This document shows, in pieces, positions 11,251 to 23,579 of a DNA stretch of 64,000 bases. Position 1 is the first letter of the stretch. The number at the start of each line of letters is the position of its first letter. The stretch covers positions 186,001 through 250,000 of the forward strand of contig QPGO01000096.1 in NCBI GenBank assembly GCA_008632985.1, read 5' to 3'. The notes beneath the pieces are model-generated. The model saw nothing but the letters and a program-made list of their open reading frames with translations. It did not search any database and had not been told where the DNA came from. This DNA is from Psammoneis japonica (taxonomy: Eukaryota). The translations under genes were made by a program, and so were the position numbers.

Positions 11251-14152
11251 AATGAAGGAGGACAAGAAGAAGAAGAAGGAGGAGGTGAGAGCAACAAGTC
11301 GCGGAAGGTTGACGCACTGGAGTCCGATGTGGCTCGCAAGTTTCTCAACATTCCAAGCGGTCACGTCCAAACGGCAATCTACGAATGCGTTGACCTGCTC
11401 TCCGAAGTTGTTCGATTGGAGAGGCCTTTGGAAAGTGTGCCAAACGAGCCGGCAGAAGGTGTGGTGGACGATGTCCTTTCAACCAAGGATGTGCAACACA
11501 TTTCGGGAAAGATGTCGCACATGCTGACATTTTGCCTGATGATTCTCAACAAGTGTCACAGCGCGCAAGGCAGGCGGGGCGGAAAGAGAGGGTTTGCCTT
11601 TCAAGACTGCGCCTCCGCTGCAATCAAAGCTGTCAATGATTCACCCACAAGCCCATGTTTGATCACAAACAGTCGAACACTTTTGAGCTGGCACGCATCT
11701 TTCAGATGCCGATGCAAGTTCGAACATCCACTCGCAAACTGGAAAGCATGCGAACCGCAAGTCTTTCAAGCATTCCCACAGTTGAAGTTGGAAGTCAAGC
11801 AAGTTCTCGACGCAAAGGTGCACTCAGACAATTTCAACACAGACACCGCAATGGAGTGCTTCCAAACAAGCTTTCTAGACCGCGTGCACGAAGAAATCAA
11901 GAAGGACGACCCGGAAAGTTGCGACGATGATGAATTGGACAACGAATTGGATGAAGAAGATGAAGCCAACGAAGACGCAACGACAAAGAAATGGAAGAGT
12001 GTGTTGGCACAGTTTGGCATGAAGACTCTTTGTCACTCTACGGCAGTTCGCTGGCTTGCTCACCCAGGGCACGCCATCAACAAGCTGTTGGAACTGTCAC
12101 TGCGACAGACACGAGAGTCCCGAGAATGTGAGAGCTCGTAAAAAGTTCATCGATTGGTTCACAGAACACGAAACGCCAATGCCCACATGGGCTCAGCTTG
12201 CCAAATCTGAGATCTCAAGCACCACAAGCAAGCTCCCGAATGCACGACACAGTTTTGCACGCAAGGATGGTGAGGCTTGCAAGGAGTTCTGTGTGCTTGA
12301 CGATGTGGCGGCGTTGCTGCCACTTTCCAAGCCCCAAGTTTTTCAAGGTGTCGAGTTCACCTGCAGTTTCTCAGTTCAAAAGGACCCAAACAAGCGACCA
12401 TTGATCACAGTTGGTCAAGACGAAGCCATTGTGAACCAGCATGCCTTTTCAAGCAGGGTGTGGCATGACTCAAAGGGCAGTGCTGTCATTCGGCCGAAAG
12501 TCCAGGTGATGGCACAATGTTGAGTGCATTCACAGGCTTTGCAACAGGCTTCGGCAGAGCTGATTTGCCGGATGTCACTCCCACGGTCCTTGCTCGCATC
12601 AACAGCCATTGGTCTGGGGCAAAGAGTGAACATTTGGACAAAGAAAGCGCCGCAGAAGTCTCTGACACTGGCTCAAGCAAGAAGAAGCAGTTTGCATCCG
12701 CAGATGACATTCGTGACATTTTTCTCACCAAGTTTCGCCACGGAAAAGACAAAGACGGGCATTGGAACAACGCGCATGCCGTGGTCCAGACAGAAGATGT
12801 TGCTGACTGCCTGCAAGGAATCTGCCCTGGTTTTGATTTTGCACTGCCATGTGACCAAAGTTCGGGGCATGCCAAGAAGCGACCGGAGTCGTTGAATGTC
12901 AATGTCATGAACGGTGGTTTCGGGGGGAATCAGCCACCAATGCACGACACATCACTTGCTGAAGACATGTTTGGACCTTTCATTGACAAAATTGAGGAAC
13001 CTTCTGGCGGCGGTTTCAAGGCTGGCGACCACCAAACCTTCAATTTTCCAAAGAATTCAACCGACCCAAGTCTGGATGGTCCAAAGGCGCTCAGCAAGGA
13101 AGAGCGAATTGACCAGCAGCATCCAAAGCCATTGCCTCCTAAGCAGGGAAAGCAACGGAAGAAGGCAGATCTCAGTGAGATTTGGTGGCAAGGAATCTCA
13201 TGAGCGAAGACGACAAGAGGAAAGTCGGTGAGCTCCAGCAACTGCTCGTGAATGCGAGCCTCCAATCCCAACACACGAGCCTTCAATTCCAAGACCAACC
13301 AAACGACCACGTGCCAAACCAGAACTCTTTGATGAATTGCTCGGAAAGGGGCCAATCCAGCCAAATCGCGGGCACAAAGTCGAGCGGCTGCAGGAGCTTG
13401 CACGGCAAAACAACACTCCAATCGAGACAGACTTTGTTCCAATGACGAAAAGCTGGGGTGGCGCTCCAAAAGGCATTTTTCAGATTTTGCACGAGACTGG
13501 TTGGATTGACCCCGAGAAGAAAGACCAGCATCAGGTCACAGCACCAAAGGAATGGTTGGATGTTGAGGGCAACGTCAAGCCAGAGCACCGTGATTTTGTG
13601 CTCACCGATTTGCTTGCGCGGTGTCAAGACTTCGCAGAGGAGCTCACAGCACTTGAATGGCTTGTTGGCGAAACATCCGACGAGACATGCACTGTCTCTG
13701 TCATCTTCTCGCCAAAGTGCCATTGTGAGATTGCAGGAGAAGGCATTGAAATGTGTTGGGGGTTCCTTAAGAAGTGCCACCGCCGCAAGTTCACAGCCAC
13801 CGAAAAGAGTCGCAACTTTTCCAAGTGTGTTGACGAAGCCTCAGCCGCTGCTGCCGCTTGAAAGGACACCACACGAAAGTGCGCCGGTCATGTTTGTGGA
13901 TGCATGATGGCTCATCGCGCAATTTCAGATGAACTTGGCGATGACTCCTTGTCCTTGTCCCACCAGCTTGTGGAGAAGTTTCTCCGCAAGCATCAGTGCC
14001 GCCGCTGTTCCGCCGATCAGGAAGGGTCCCTGATCAAGCAGGATGTGTCGGCAGCTTTGGACAATGAGCAAAGAACATTTTCAGCACACGTCTCAACAAA
14101 AAAAGCAGAGTTTCACATCACAAAAGTGCCACTTGCCGTCAAGAGATTGTAA
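11248..14152 (+). pseudogene. IS630/Tc1-like DDE transposase, frameshifted
   Basis: Motifs across consecutive frames: RPLITVGQDEAI, GKDKDGHWN, CDQSSGHAKKR, MNGGFGGNQPPMHDT, PKGIFQILHETGWID, CQDFAEE, FSPKCHCEIAGEGIEMCWG (family pattern PK[FY]HCE...IE..WG). Confidence 0.75.
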
Positions 14153-15781
14153 AACCACCGGCTGGCGAATTTTCCGACCCCAACCTCCTCCTGGATTCAC
14201 ACCATCCAACCCGATTTTCACCGCGAGAAGTCGAGATGACAGGTTGGACATTGACGGCTAAAAATGCAGTGTGGAACTGCAGTGAAGCAACAAGTGCCTA
14301 AAGCTTTCAACAACGAGTAAGAAAAATGCAAAACATCAAGAAAATGTCGTCAGTTGCTTGCATTCGAGGTGAGTGTCATCATTTTTCGCGGCAGCAAGTT
14401 GTGAGCTCCACAAATCATACACTTGCCGTTGTCTGCCATCAAATGACGCACACCACAATCCACACCATCAATGAAATCGACCATCCGTTGCTTGGCTTGA
14501 TCCAAAAGACAGTGTGTGACACGAAACAGCCCCGCTTCGATTGATGCAGAAACATTGGCCGCAGACAAATGGCTCAAATGTCGACATGTGACTAAGAGCC
14601 GGTGTTCCTTGTCAGGGCTTTTAACACGGTCGAAATGCTCCCCATGTGAGTGTGTGAAACGAGCGCATCAAATAAAAAGAACGAGTCAGTGGCGCGAAAG
14701 CGCAGTGCGATTGCATCGCGACAGCACACGAAACAGAGCAGCGGATGGTGATGCAATTACAAAATCCATTTTTTGACCTTTTGATTGAGCAATTGCCTTC
14801 AAACAATCAATGAAAATGGTTTCTACATGATGGCAGAAACTGTTCTAAAGCACTGCTGTTGTTGAAAAGGTTTGGCAATGGCATGAAATGCCGCTCCGAT
14901 TCTCATGGTGAGTGGCGTTCGGAGGGTGTGTGCACACACGTGACTGAATGAGTCCCGCCCAACTTCATGCAGCCGCGCACTCGCCGCAGTCCTCACTGTG
15001 CATTGCACTGAGAAGAGTGCCTGAACGCCAGCATTGTGCGTGCATTGTGGTTTTTGATCCCATGCTGTTGGCCGCATCGTTCACACTTTGCGGGTGCAGC
15101 TTCATCCGTTGTCTTTCATGGCTCGGATCGTTTGTTTGTTGCATTGAGAAGAGCGCCTGATTGTTGTGTTGTCATGGGGAGTGTTGTCATTGCATCAAAA
15201 AGGCGTTTTTGCAACACTGCTTTCGTCATTGTGGTCGTGCTTGGAACTGACGGCACTTTTTGTTTTTGTTGTTGCTTTGAACAGCTTGGTCAGAGGACAC
15301 ATTTGCCATGAGTGAGCGACCGTGTCAAAAGCAAACACCATCAGCTGCAGCAGCATTGTCAGAGGACAATGACATCGACGTGAAGAAAGCAAGAGCAGAG
15401 CGCTCCAAGAAACAGGGCAACAGGAAGGAACTGCCACCTGAAGACAACAGTTCCTCCAGTTCCTCGAGTGGATCTGTCCAAGACATGCCTCGCCATTGCT
15501 TCAAAGATTCCGAGGGTGGAAGAAGAAGCAAATCAAGTGCCATCTAGCGTGTCGCGTCAAGTGCAGCATCGCGTCGGATGCTGTGCATCCCGTCGGTCCA
15601 TCTGCAGCATCGTGTCGGATGCTGGCCATGGCACTGCATCTAATGCCATCTGCAGCATCATGTCGGGTGCTGGCCATTGTGTTGCATCGAATGCTGTCTG
15701 CATCATCACATTGAATGCTGTCTGTTGAACACTGTCAATCACATTGCGCCAGAAGCTGTCTGTCGTGTCTCGTCGAAAACT

Positions 15782-16062
15782 GAGTGACTCGGAGGGAGTG
15801 ACTCGCTTGCAAACAGTTTTAGATTGGATGATTCCATGCTGCTTGGCACTTTAGTTTCTTTGTTCGATGCTGCTCTAGATTCCATGCCGGCATTGCTCTG
15901 GGTTGTTTGTTCAACAACACTCTAGATTGGACACTGCTCCAGGATCTTTGTTCAGCGCAACTCTAGATTCGACACTGCTCTGGGTTCATTGTTCAATGCC
16001 ACTCTAGATTCGACAATGCTCTGGCACCAGTGCAATCATGCAGTGGCATTGTTGACTCTAGA
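15782..16062. repeat. Dispersed repeat with GAGTGACTCGGAGGGAGTGACTCGCTTGCAA end and tandem CTCTAGATT sub-repeats (mutated copy)
   Basis: The reverse complement of 15782-15825 matches 55750-55793. Sub-repeats such as ctctagatt...gctct.ggtt..ttgttca are shared. Confidence 0.75.
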
Positions 16063-16145
16063 GTGTCTGTTTTTTTTTTTTCCATGTTGCTGGCATCCAT
16101 CCCAATGAAGATCCACACACGATGGCATGGTGCAAATGCCGCCCC

Positions 16146-16937
16146 TCATGGTGCGCCATTTCTCTTGCAATTTTCAAACTCCTGGACAGAAGCTTGCCAT
16201 TCATCAAGCTTCTTCTCATTCCTCTGTGCAATGTTTTGATTTTTGTTTGGCTCATCCACAGAAAAATGTCCACATCGAATGCATTGATGGTGCGCTTGGT
16301 CATCCGGCAGGCATCCGCCGACAAGAAACTTCCTGTCGCGCTCTTCCGCCATCAGGGGCACCACCATGGCCTGATCTTGATGCAAAGCAGCATGATGAGC
16401 TGCATTTCTTGCTGACAATGCAGTGTCCCTTGCTTGGCCAATGGCCTTCGTGATTGGGCCCGCCTGCCCGGCACGAGTGGCGCGCTGCAGTTCTCCTTGC
16501 TTCCGCACGCGATCAAGCACATCACTCAAATCTGGCAACGCCGTTGCCATGGGTGCCGCTCCAAAACTGGTCTCATTTAGCGCAGCAACGGTGGAAGGAA
16601 TGCATTTCCTGAACACTTCGATGTTGTGGGTGTTCTCCACACCAATCCTGTTCTCAACTTCCGCCTTGTTTGTTGTGAAGATCTCAATGACCTTCTTCTT
16701 CTCCGCCACCACACCACAACTCGGTTCCCTTGGCTCGTCCAGTGTTTCATCCCTCGTGGGACCATCTGCATCATCACACTCAACAGCGTCACATGGAGTT
16801 TCGGCGTTTGATTCCTGTGCATGGACACGGTTGTGCACGGCGTTTGCTTGCCATGGTCGACAAGAGACCTCGAGTGTGTTTTGTGCTTCTCGGCATCGGA
16901 GAGGTTGATCGAGATTCCGTTTCAGCAAAGAATGCAC
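16146..16937 (-). CDS. Unknown ORF at the right end of the 10.4-kb transposon, reading inward; CxxCxH motif
   Basis: 263-aa ORF with protein-like composition and QCIRCGH. No Tyr. Start and stop are unreliable because TAA/TAG codons are erased here. Confidence 0.4.
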   Translation of the reverse strand: MHSLLKRNLDQPLRCREAQNTLEVSCRPWQANAVHNRVHAQESNAETPCDAVECDDADGPTRDETLDEPREPSCGVVAEKKKVIEIFTTNKAEVENRIGVENTHNIEVFRKCIPSTVAALNETSFGAAPMATALPDLSDVLDRVRKQGELQRATRAGQAGPITKAIGQARDTALSARNAAHHAALHQDQAMVVPLMAEERDRKFLVGGCLPDDQAHHQCIRCGHFSVDEPNKNQNIAQRNEKKLDEWQASVQEFENCKRNGAP

Positions 16938-17016
16938 TTTTTCTACAAAGGAGCTTGGCGCGTTTCTACGTTGTGGTGAGAGCAGAATTTCTTTTGTGGT
17001 GAGAGCAGAATCTTGT

Positions 17017-18010
17017 GGTCTTCATCCATCATGGTTGAAGATTTGCTCGGTTGGGGTGAGATTCATTTGAATCGCAGCTCGATTGGCTTGCACGCTGTCT
17101 TGTCAGCACAATGACCCAAGGATGTCAAATTGCACAAACCCATTCCTAAAATGATGATCCATGCCCCAGGTGCAGCTCTCAAGACTTGATGCATGCATCT
17201 GTTGGCTGTGGTGCAAGCTCCTCCTCAATGGATTGATGCTGGGGCACAAGTCGCAAGTTGTGCAGCTCATTTTGTGGAAATGTCAGACAAAAGGGGAGCA
17301 GCAGGAGGGGTGCCCTGAACCTGGCCAAAACATTTGTGATTGCAGGCCTTTGTTGGCACAGCAGCCATGTTGACAGGGGCATTGATGGTTGTCCAGTTGA
17401 TGCATTTTTTGGGGTTGTCCACAGGGCTCTCTGGGGCCTCTGGACATTCAAGTGCTGGAGCCATCACGGTCAGAGAAAGCTTTGATTTTCCCGTGCACAT
17501 GATTGATCTCCTCAGCATGTTGTGGTGTTTCAAAATTTCTTTTGTGTTGGAAGAAAATGGGAACCCATCTAATGCCAACTTGGCAATGTGTCTGCCTTGC
17601 TCAGATTCCCGGTGAAACATGCTGTGGCGTGTGACTTGTTCACACTCAGACAGCACAGCATGGCAGTGTTCAGACTTGCACTTGGAGCAAATTGATTGGA
17701 GAAGGAAGAATTCATCCAACTTGTTTTTTTTTCAAAGAACAGCCAATGACTTTGCACAGCCCACTCTGCAGCTGAGACAGGTGTTTTGTTGGATCAGCAA
17801 ACAATGCACTTTGGGTGCCTGGATGTTTTTGCAAGCAAGGAGAGTGATTTGTTTTGACAGAACAATTTCAGAAACCCCACCCAAAATGCTTGCAGCATTC
17901 ACAAATCACCGTTGCTAGAAAGGGCCAGAGTGGCAACCTTCCATCAGCAAAACATTTGCCCGCATCTTGTGTGCAACACAGCGAGTGCTCTTAAAATGCA
18001 GCGAACAGCA
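17017..18010. repeat. Segmental duplication copy B, part distal to the transposon
   Basis: Colinear with 729-1790, with indels and many transitions. Confidence 0.8.
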
Positions 18011-21000
18011 CAAAGAATTTTTTGGTGCTGAACAGAGCATGGGAACAGCAGGTTGCATTTTTGCAGTGGTGAGTCAACAGAAGCTGAAAGGCAAATTCTC
18101 AACATGCAAGCAAATCTGACATCTCACGATTGAAGCTGTCGAATCTGCACAGTCCAACACAAAATTGCATCTTTGCTGACACACACTCCCACAACAAAAA
18201 ACACGCAGCCCAGGAGGATTGCTGCCAGCCATGGAGTGTCAACATTTGGCCACTGCACAAGTTGAGTTGCCCTCAAACACAGCTTTGTGCCTTGCTTTTT
18301 GCAGCAGTGTCTTGAGAAAAACTTTTAGAACATGCGCCGGGCATCCCTGTTTGTTTTTCACCTGGCATCTGTCATCTGTCATGTCCTCTGTCATGAGGTC
18401 AGTCAGGCCAGTCTTGTGATGATGGCCACATTTTGCACAATCCATGGCAGCTGCCTGCCAGAAACCCCCTGCGTGGGTTTCTGAATGTGCTCACGCACTC
18501 ATGTCACCCTTCTCAGATGGCATTTTGCTGGGTCTCCCAAGATTGTTCGGGCCATTTCGGTCAATGGCGCGCCCTTGTTTTGGCACATCAAGCAATGTCA
18601 CTCAGTGGAAAATGGCTGGCGTTGACTCCTTGTGGGTCACATGCGCTCGTCAATCTTTTTTGTCATTTCTGCAGATCCAAGAAATTTTCCACATGGATCC
18701 AGCACAAATTCTGCATGCTTCAGCAAACACAGTGCCGGCAAAAATGCTTTGTCAATCTTTGAGCTTCTTGCTGTGCCAACACTCTTCTGTCTTCAACGAC
18801 CCTCTTTGCTCCTGTTGGCCAATCAAGTCTTTCACTCTGTGGGGTGAAAATGCTGCTTCTGTTGAGGCGCTGACAAGTGTGAGTGCAAGCCCTCCTTCCT
18901 TTGGCATCAATTGGCCATCTTCCATTTGCTGTGTGCATCCGTTGGCATTTCCGTGCAAGATCCAGAGTGGTTTCTGCATGTGAAAAATGTTGTTCCTGAT
19001 GACTGACTCATCATCACATCATCAAGTGCTCCCATTTCTCCTCATCTCCCAGTCTTGGACAACCCCTCCCTCACTTGCTGGCAAATCAAGCTCCCTGCTA
19101 CATGCAGCAATCTTTTTGCCATTGTTGCATTTCTTGGAGGTTGCAATGTGGCTCCTTTCTTGATGAGCAACAGCCAGTGGCTTGACAATCACATTTTGCT
19201 GACTTCCTTCCCTTTGCTGTTCCCAAACCAAATTCTGAGAGCAGCAGCTGTTCTTTGCTGTTCTGGCATGGCAAGCACATCTCCAGCCCACATGAAAGCA
19301 ATGATCTCCTCAATGTGTTGCTTCACCATCTCCATTTGTCTCAGGTGGGCGCATCCTCTTTGGAGGGCACTGCACTCAGCCAATTGCATGAGCAAGCAGC
19401 TTCTTCTGCCACACTCCTTGCAGAGTGCACCAGAAGTGTGGGTCAGCTGGCGCACCTTGTTGCCAGGCAAAGGTGCAACAGCACACAAAACTGGGGCTTT
19501 TTTTGTGATGGTGGCCATGTGTGCAGCCTTCTTGTGGGTGGGCACCAAATGTTGGGGCAGTCATTTCTTCATTTGCCACATGCCCCTCCATTGCTCCATT
19601 GGATGGTTTGTTGTTTTGCTTTTTCACAAAGTTTTGACAACATTTCATGAGTCACACTGTCCCTTCTTGTGGTGTGCACTTCAGCATGTCTGCTCCATGA
19701 CCTGTTCTCAACTTTGAGCTGAGCCTGATGTCTGACAAGTTCTTTGTTTGTTGTTGTGACACAGCATGACAACCAGCTGATGGCAATGTTGAGGTTGAGA
19801 TCAAGATTGTTGAACTCATCAATCTGTCTGGCTGTCCACATTGCAAGGAAGTGGCTCCCAAGCAAGAAAAAAGGCGGCCCTTGTTCAGACAGTGGCTTTT
19901 GGTGTGTCAGATTGTTTCGCAGCACCTCATTTTTGTTTGCTCCAAAATGTTGTGTTTTTGCTGCTGAGTCATCAAGTTGTTGTTGGAAAGAATGCTGTTG
20001 CCAACTGTGCATCATCACATGGGTTTGTCTGAAGCACTCGCTGCAAACACAAAGTCCTGACAAAGCAAGTGTTCACTGTGTCCCTCATCATTTTGGAAAT
20101 GGTGGAACACATGGGATGTCCAGGGGGGGATTGTTGTCACAACTTTGATCTGAGATCAGGCTTGATGATGTGTGCAATGGGCATGTGCATGTGTGCCCTG
20201 AAGTGGAGCAGAGCAGCAGCACTCCACCAGATGGCTTTTTTGGCTTGAACCTGAGCCCTTGAGAGAGAAGTTGTGAATCATGGCAGATCATCAGTTGGCC
20301 AAGATCTGCAAGAAACCTCTCAGATTGACCAAGGAAGCAAGCAAGCAACTTGGGAGCTGAGAGGAGCATCTGGCATTCCATCAGCAGCCCTCCATTCCCA
20401 TTCTCAAAATGCTCTCATTGCAATGCCATGATCAACGATGATTGGATCACCAACAACAGGGTGTGTCAGTGTTGTCCAAAAAGTCATGGTCAAATGAATC
20501 AACTTTTTGCTGACTTTGAACAGCGAAAGTCAAAGCCACTCACAGTCAAAAGTGCCGACAAATGCCAGAGTCAAAAGTCAAAGTCAGGCAGTCAGCTGAA
20601 GATGAGTCAAGTCAACTGGCAGCTGCAGCCAGTCACATCTCATGGTGTTTGGTTTGTGAACTGACTGACGTGCATCACTTGTCAAGGCCATCTGCAACAA
20701 CTTGCTTCTGCTCTTGACAAGAAGAAATCTGAGCAATTCATTGCACAACTTCCACAAGACATGTGACAATTGTGGAAAAATTGACTCAGGCTCTTGTTGT
20801 CAAAATCAAGACCCATTCCCACCCAGACAATTTTGGCCACAAAATTCCCGTGTGGCAGTTTTGAGGTGCAGCCACCAGCATGTGTCAAAATTTCAAGGGA
20901 GTGCAACACCGCTGAGTGGGTGCCAAATGCTGAGACCCACCATTGGCCAAGCGCGTGTGTTTTTCCAAGCTTTTGGCAAGCATCACAAGCTGACATCAGA

Positions 21001-22330
21001 TTGCATCAGACCTGCAGTGCCCCTGGGACACTTCCACCAAGTTGCTCTTGCACACACACACATCATTGGAAGTTTGGCTTGCTGACCACACGTTGGCTCA
21101 CATTTTGGGGTTTCTTCTTGTGAGTGCACCCCAGCTTTGGGTGGGACCTTGCGCTGCTGAGCTGTGACATTGACAGTTTTTTGGATCATGCTGCATGTCA
21201 TGCACACATGTTTCTGTGTGACTTCAGCATCATTTTGTGGCATTTTGTGGCAAGGACTGAGATGAGCGCACACAAATTTGAAGTGGTCAGCCCCACCTGC
21301 TCATGACTCAGTGCTTTGCCATGGTGAAAATTGCTCAGGAGGAATCTGACGATGACAAAAATGGTCAGAAAACTTCTGCTCACAACAATGTCAGCTGCAT
21401 GGAATTTGCATTCTTTGTTCGTTGGTGCCTCAATTTCTGACTGTTTTGCGCATCACGCAGAGCCACCATGGCTTTGTGTGCAATGCAGTGCTTGGTGTTG
21501 TTTTGGCAAAGTTTGGCAAAGCAACTGGTGCATGCAATGCTCAAAGTTGTCAATTCATGTGTGAAAGAACAAGGAGTGCACATTGCATGCAGCAGATGTT
21601 GTTGTTGGTGGTGTGGTGGAAGTCATCTGACTGGCGTTTTTGTCATTGTCAGACTCCTGCCGCAATTTTCACTGTGGGAAAGTGTTGGGTCATGAGTTGG
21701 TGGGACTGACCTCTTCAATGAGCCACACACTTGACTTGGCCCTTGCACTCATTGAGCGGTCCATCCAACAACTTTTGACATTTTTTCAGCGCGATTCTCA
21801 AATGTCTTCAGAGTCATGCAGGGCAGGTGCATTGGCAAAAACTTCAAGTGGCAAGAGGCACAAATGTGCCACAAACTTGGTCATTCATTTTGAAGACAAA
21901 CACATCCATTGGTTAAATTCTTGCACCATGGAGCTCACACTCAGCATCTGCAGGCCCAATGTCACATGTGCCTGGGGCTGAAAAACGTGTCTTGGGGCAA
22001 AATGACGAGCTGCAACAACTCTGAGACCACTTCACACAATCCAGCTGTCACTTTGGCTCAACTCTGCTTGAGTCTTGAGTGGTGTTTCACAAACATTTCT
22101 CAGATTCTGGCACCTTTTCTGAATGTTTTGGCTGGCACAGTTTTCCAGTGTGCCGCAGCTGCCCAACGATGAGGACAAATGGCACTGCTGCTCCTGCAAA
22201 GACCCTGCCCCTGTGACAGAGCTTTGGACAAGAGAACAGAGGGCTCTGTTGTGCTTGGTCACTGACTTGGGTGATGTGTTGGAACAAACCACACCAAGAG
22301 CCCTCTCTGTCGACTTGTCTGAGTTTTTTT
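18010..22330. other. Old degenerate repeat-derived DNA lacking both TpA and CpG; origin not identified
   Basis: Almost no TA and very few CG dinucleotides over ~4 kb. Overlapping Cys/His-rich ORFs occur in all six frames. Confidence 0.6.
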
Positions 22331-22559
22331 GTCAGTCAGTCGCTCGGCAGTCTTTTGCGTTTTCGACGGTTGGCGTAAACTGCATGCAGGAATTGGCAAC
22401 ATTTTTGAAAGCACTGAACTCCCACGAATCTTCCACACGCCAAATCATGGCATCAATTCTGCCATTGCACACAAAAGTGACAGTGATTGAGAAATTTAGC
22501 AACGGTCACGACACAAACAGCCAATCTCAAAATCTGCGCTCGTTTCGATCTCGATCCCA

Positions 22560-22856
22560 CAACTCGTCGTCTCGCACGATGTGTTTGTTGTTTGCCAAGC
22601 CTGAATGCCGTCATCGCCAAAGGATGGCTCGCCCTTCCTCTGGATTGAGACCTTGCATTTGTTTGGCATTCCACAACTCATTTTGCTTGATGGTGTGTTG
22701 TCTCTCTTTTTCAACTCGTCGTCTTGCACGAGGTGTTGTTGTTCGCCAAGCCGGAATGCCACGACACCCAAGGATGGCTCGCCCTTCCTCTGGCTCTGAT
22801 TGCCTGCTCTTGTTTGGTGTTCCACAACTCATTTTGCTTGATGGCGTGTTGTCTCA
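22560..22856. repeat. Tandem duplication, unit ~150 bp
   Basis: caactcgtcgtct.gcacga...aaggatggctcgcccttcctctgg...ttccacaactcattttgcttgatgg occurs twice. Confidence 0.8.
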
Positions 22857-23086
22857 AATGGCAGTGCAGGTGTCGCCAGTCAAGTCCAGAGGTCGGGGCA
22901 AATCGAGTGTGTCTCTCCGGCCTTGAGTCCGTGTCACTCTTGTGTCTTTGAGTGCAGGAAGTTGCCTGTTCGCTTGACCCAGAAGGGTCACGGCTGTTGA
23001 AACAGACAGCAGCGTTCATCTGCGAAGCAGCAAAAGCTTGCCAAGCAGATCATGCCGCTGACGGAACACAGGTTTGGGGTTCCGTC

Positions 23087-23558
23087 AGTCGTGGTTCGTC
23101 TGTCCACTGACCCAGATTCTCTGTTGTGTCTGTGCTTCCGTCAGTCGGAATTCTTGTTGAAATTCTTTTCACGCCACATCGACTCGATTCTCAAGCCGAA
23201 TGCTTTGGGGATCACAGGCGGTGCTTTGGAGATCACAGGCTTTGCGTGGATGTTGGACCAACCATGGATTGGTTCAGCAGCACTTGGATGATTGTTGTGA
23301 ATGTGGTTGACCCTGAAGTTTGTGCTGGTCTCTAGTGCAAACCTGCGGATCAACCTCTGTTTGGGTGCATTCAGCAGATTCAGTCTGGGCAGCTTGTAAT
23401 TTGGTCACTGGCACTTTTGTGAAAGACCAAATGCTCGTTGCTGCTTGTCAGCAGATTCCATCTACTTGCATTCTGCCTGAGGTGTCGATCTGGAGTGGAC
23501 ATCCAATCGATGCGTTAGGAAGGCACTCGGAGCTTGCGTGGACACGCGAGCTTCGACT
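23087..23558 (+). repeat. 5' LTR (AGTCG...CGACT)
   Basis: Aligns without gaps to 31276-31747. Confidence 0.95.
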
Positions 23559-23561
23559 GGT

Positions 23562-23579
23562 TGGTTCGCCCAATTGGGG
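23562..23579 (+). promoter_or_regulatory. Putative primer-binding site
   Basis: TGGTTCGCCCAATTGGGG begins 3 nt after the 5' LTR and starts with TGG, complementary to a tRNA CCA end. The cognate tRNA was not identified. Confidence 0.5.

Larger units (their letters stand above)
6586..17016 (+). mobile_element. 10.4-kb DNA transposon with 16-bp TIRs and a 9-bp TSD
   Basis: Left end GCAAGATTCTGCTCTC (6586-6601) and right end GAGAGCAGAATCTTGT (17001-17016) are inverted repeats matching at 15 of 16. Flanks GGTCTTTGT (6577-6585) and GGTCTTCAT (17017-17025) differ only at one TG/CA dinucleotide. Removing the element rejoins copy B of the 1-1790 duplication. Confidence 0.85.

Noticed and set aside
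16146..16937. A RAG2-like partner facing the RAG1-like gene (ProtoRAG arrangement)
   Set aside because: No kelch repeats or PHD finger are visible and the TIRs lack an RSS-like CACAGTG heptamer. Convergent orientation alone is not enough.
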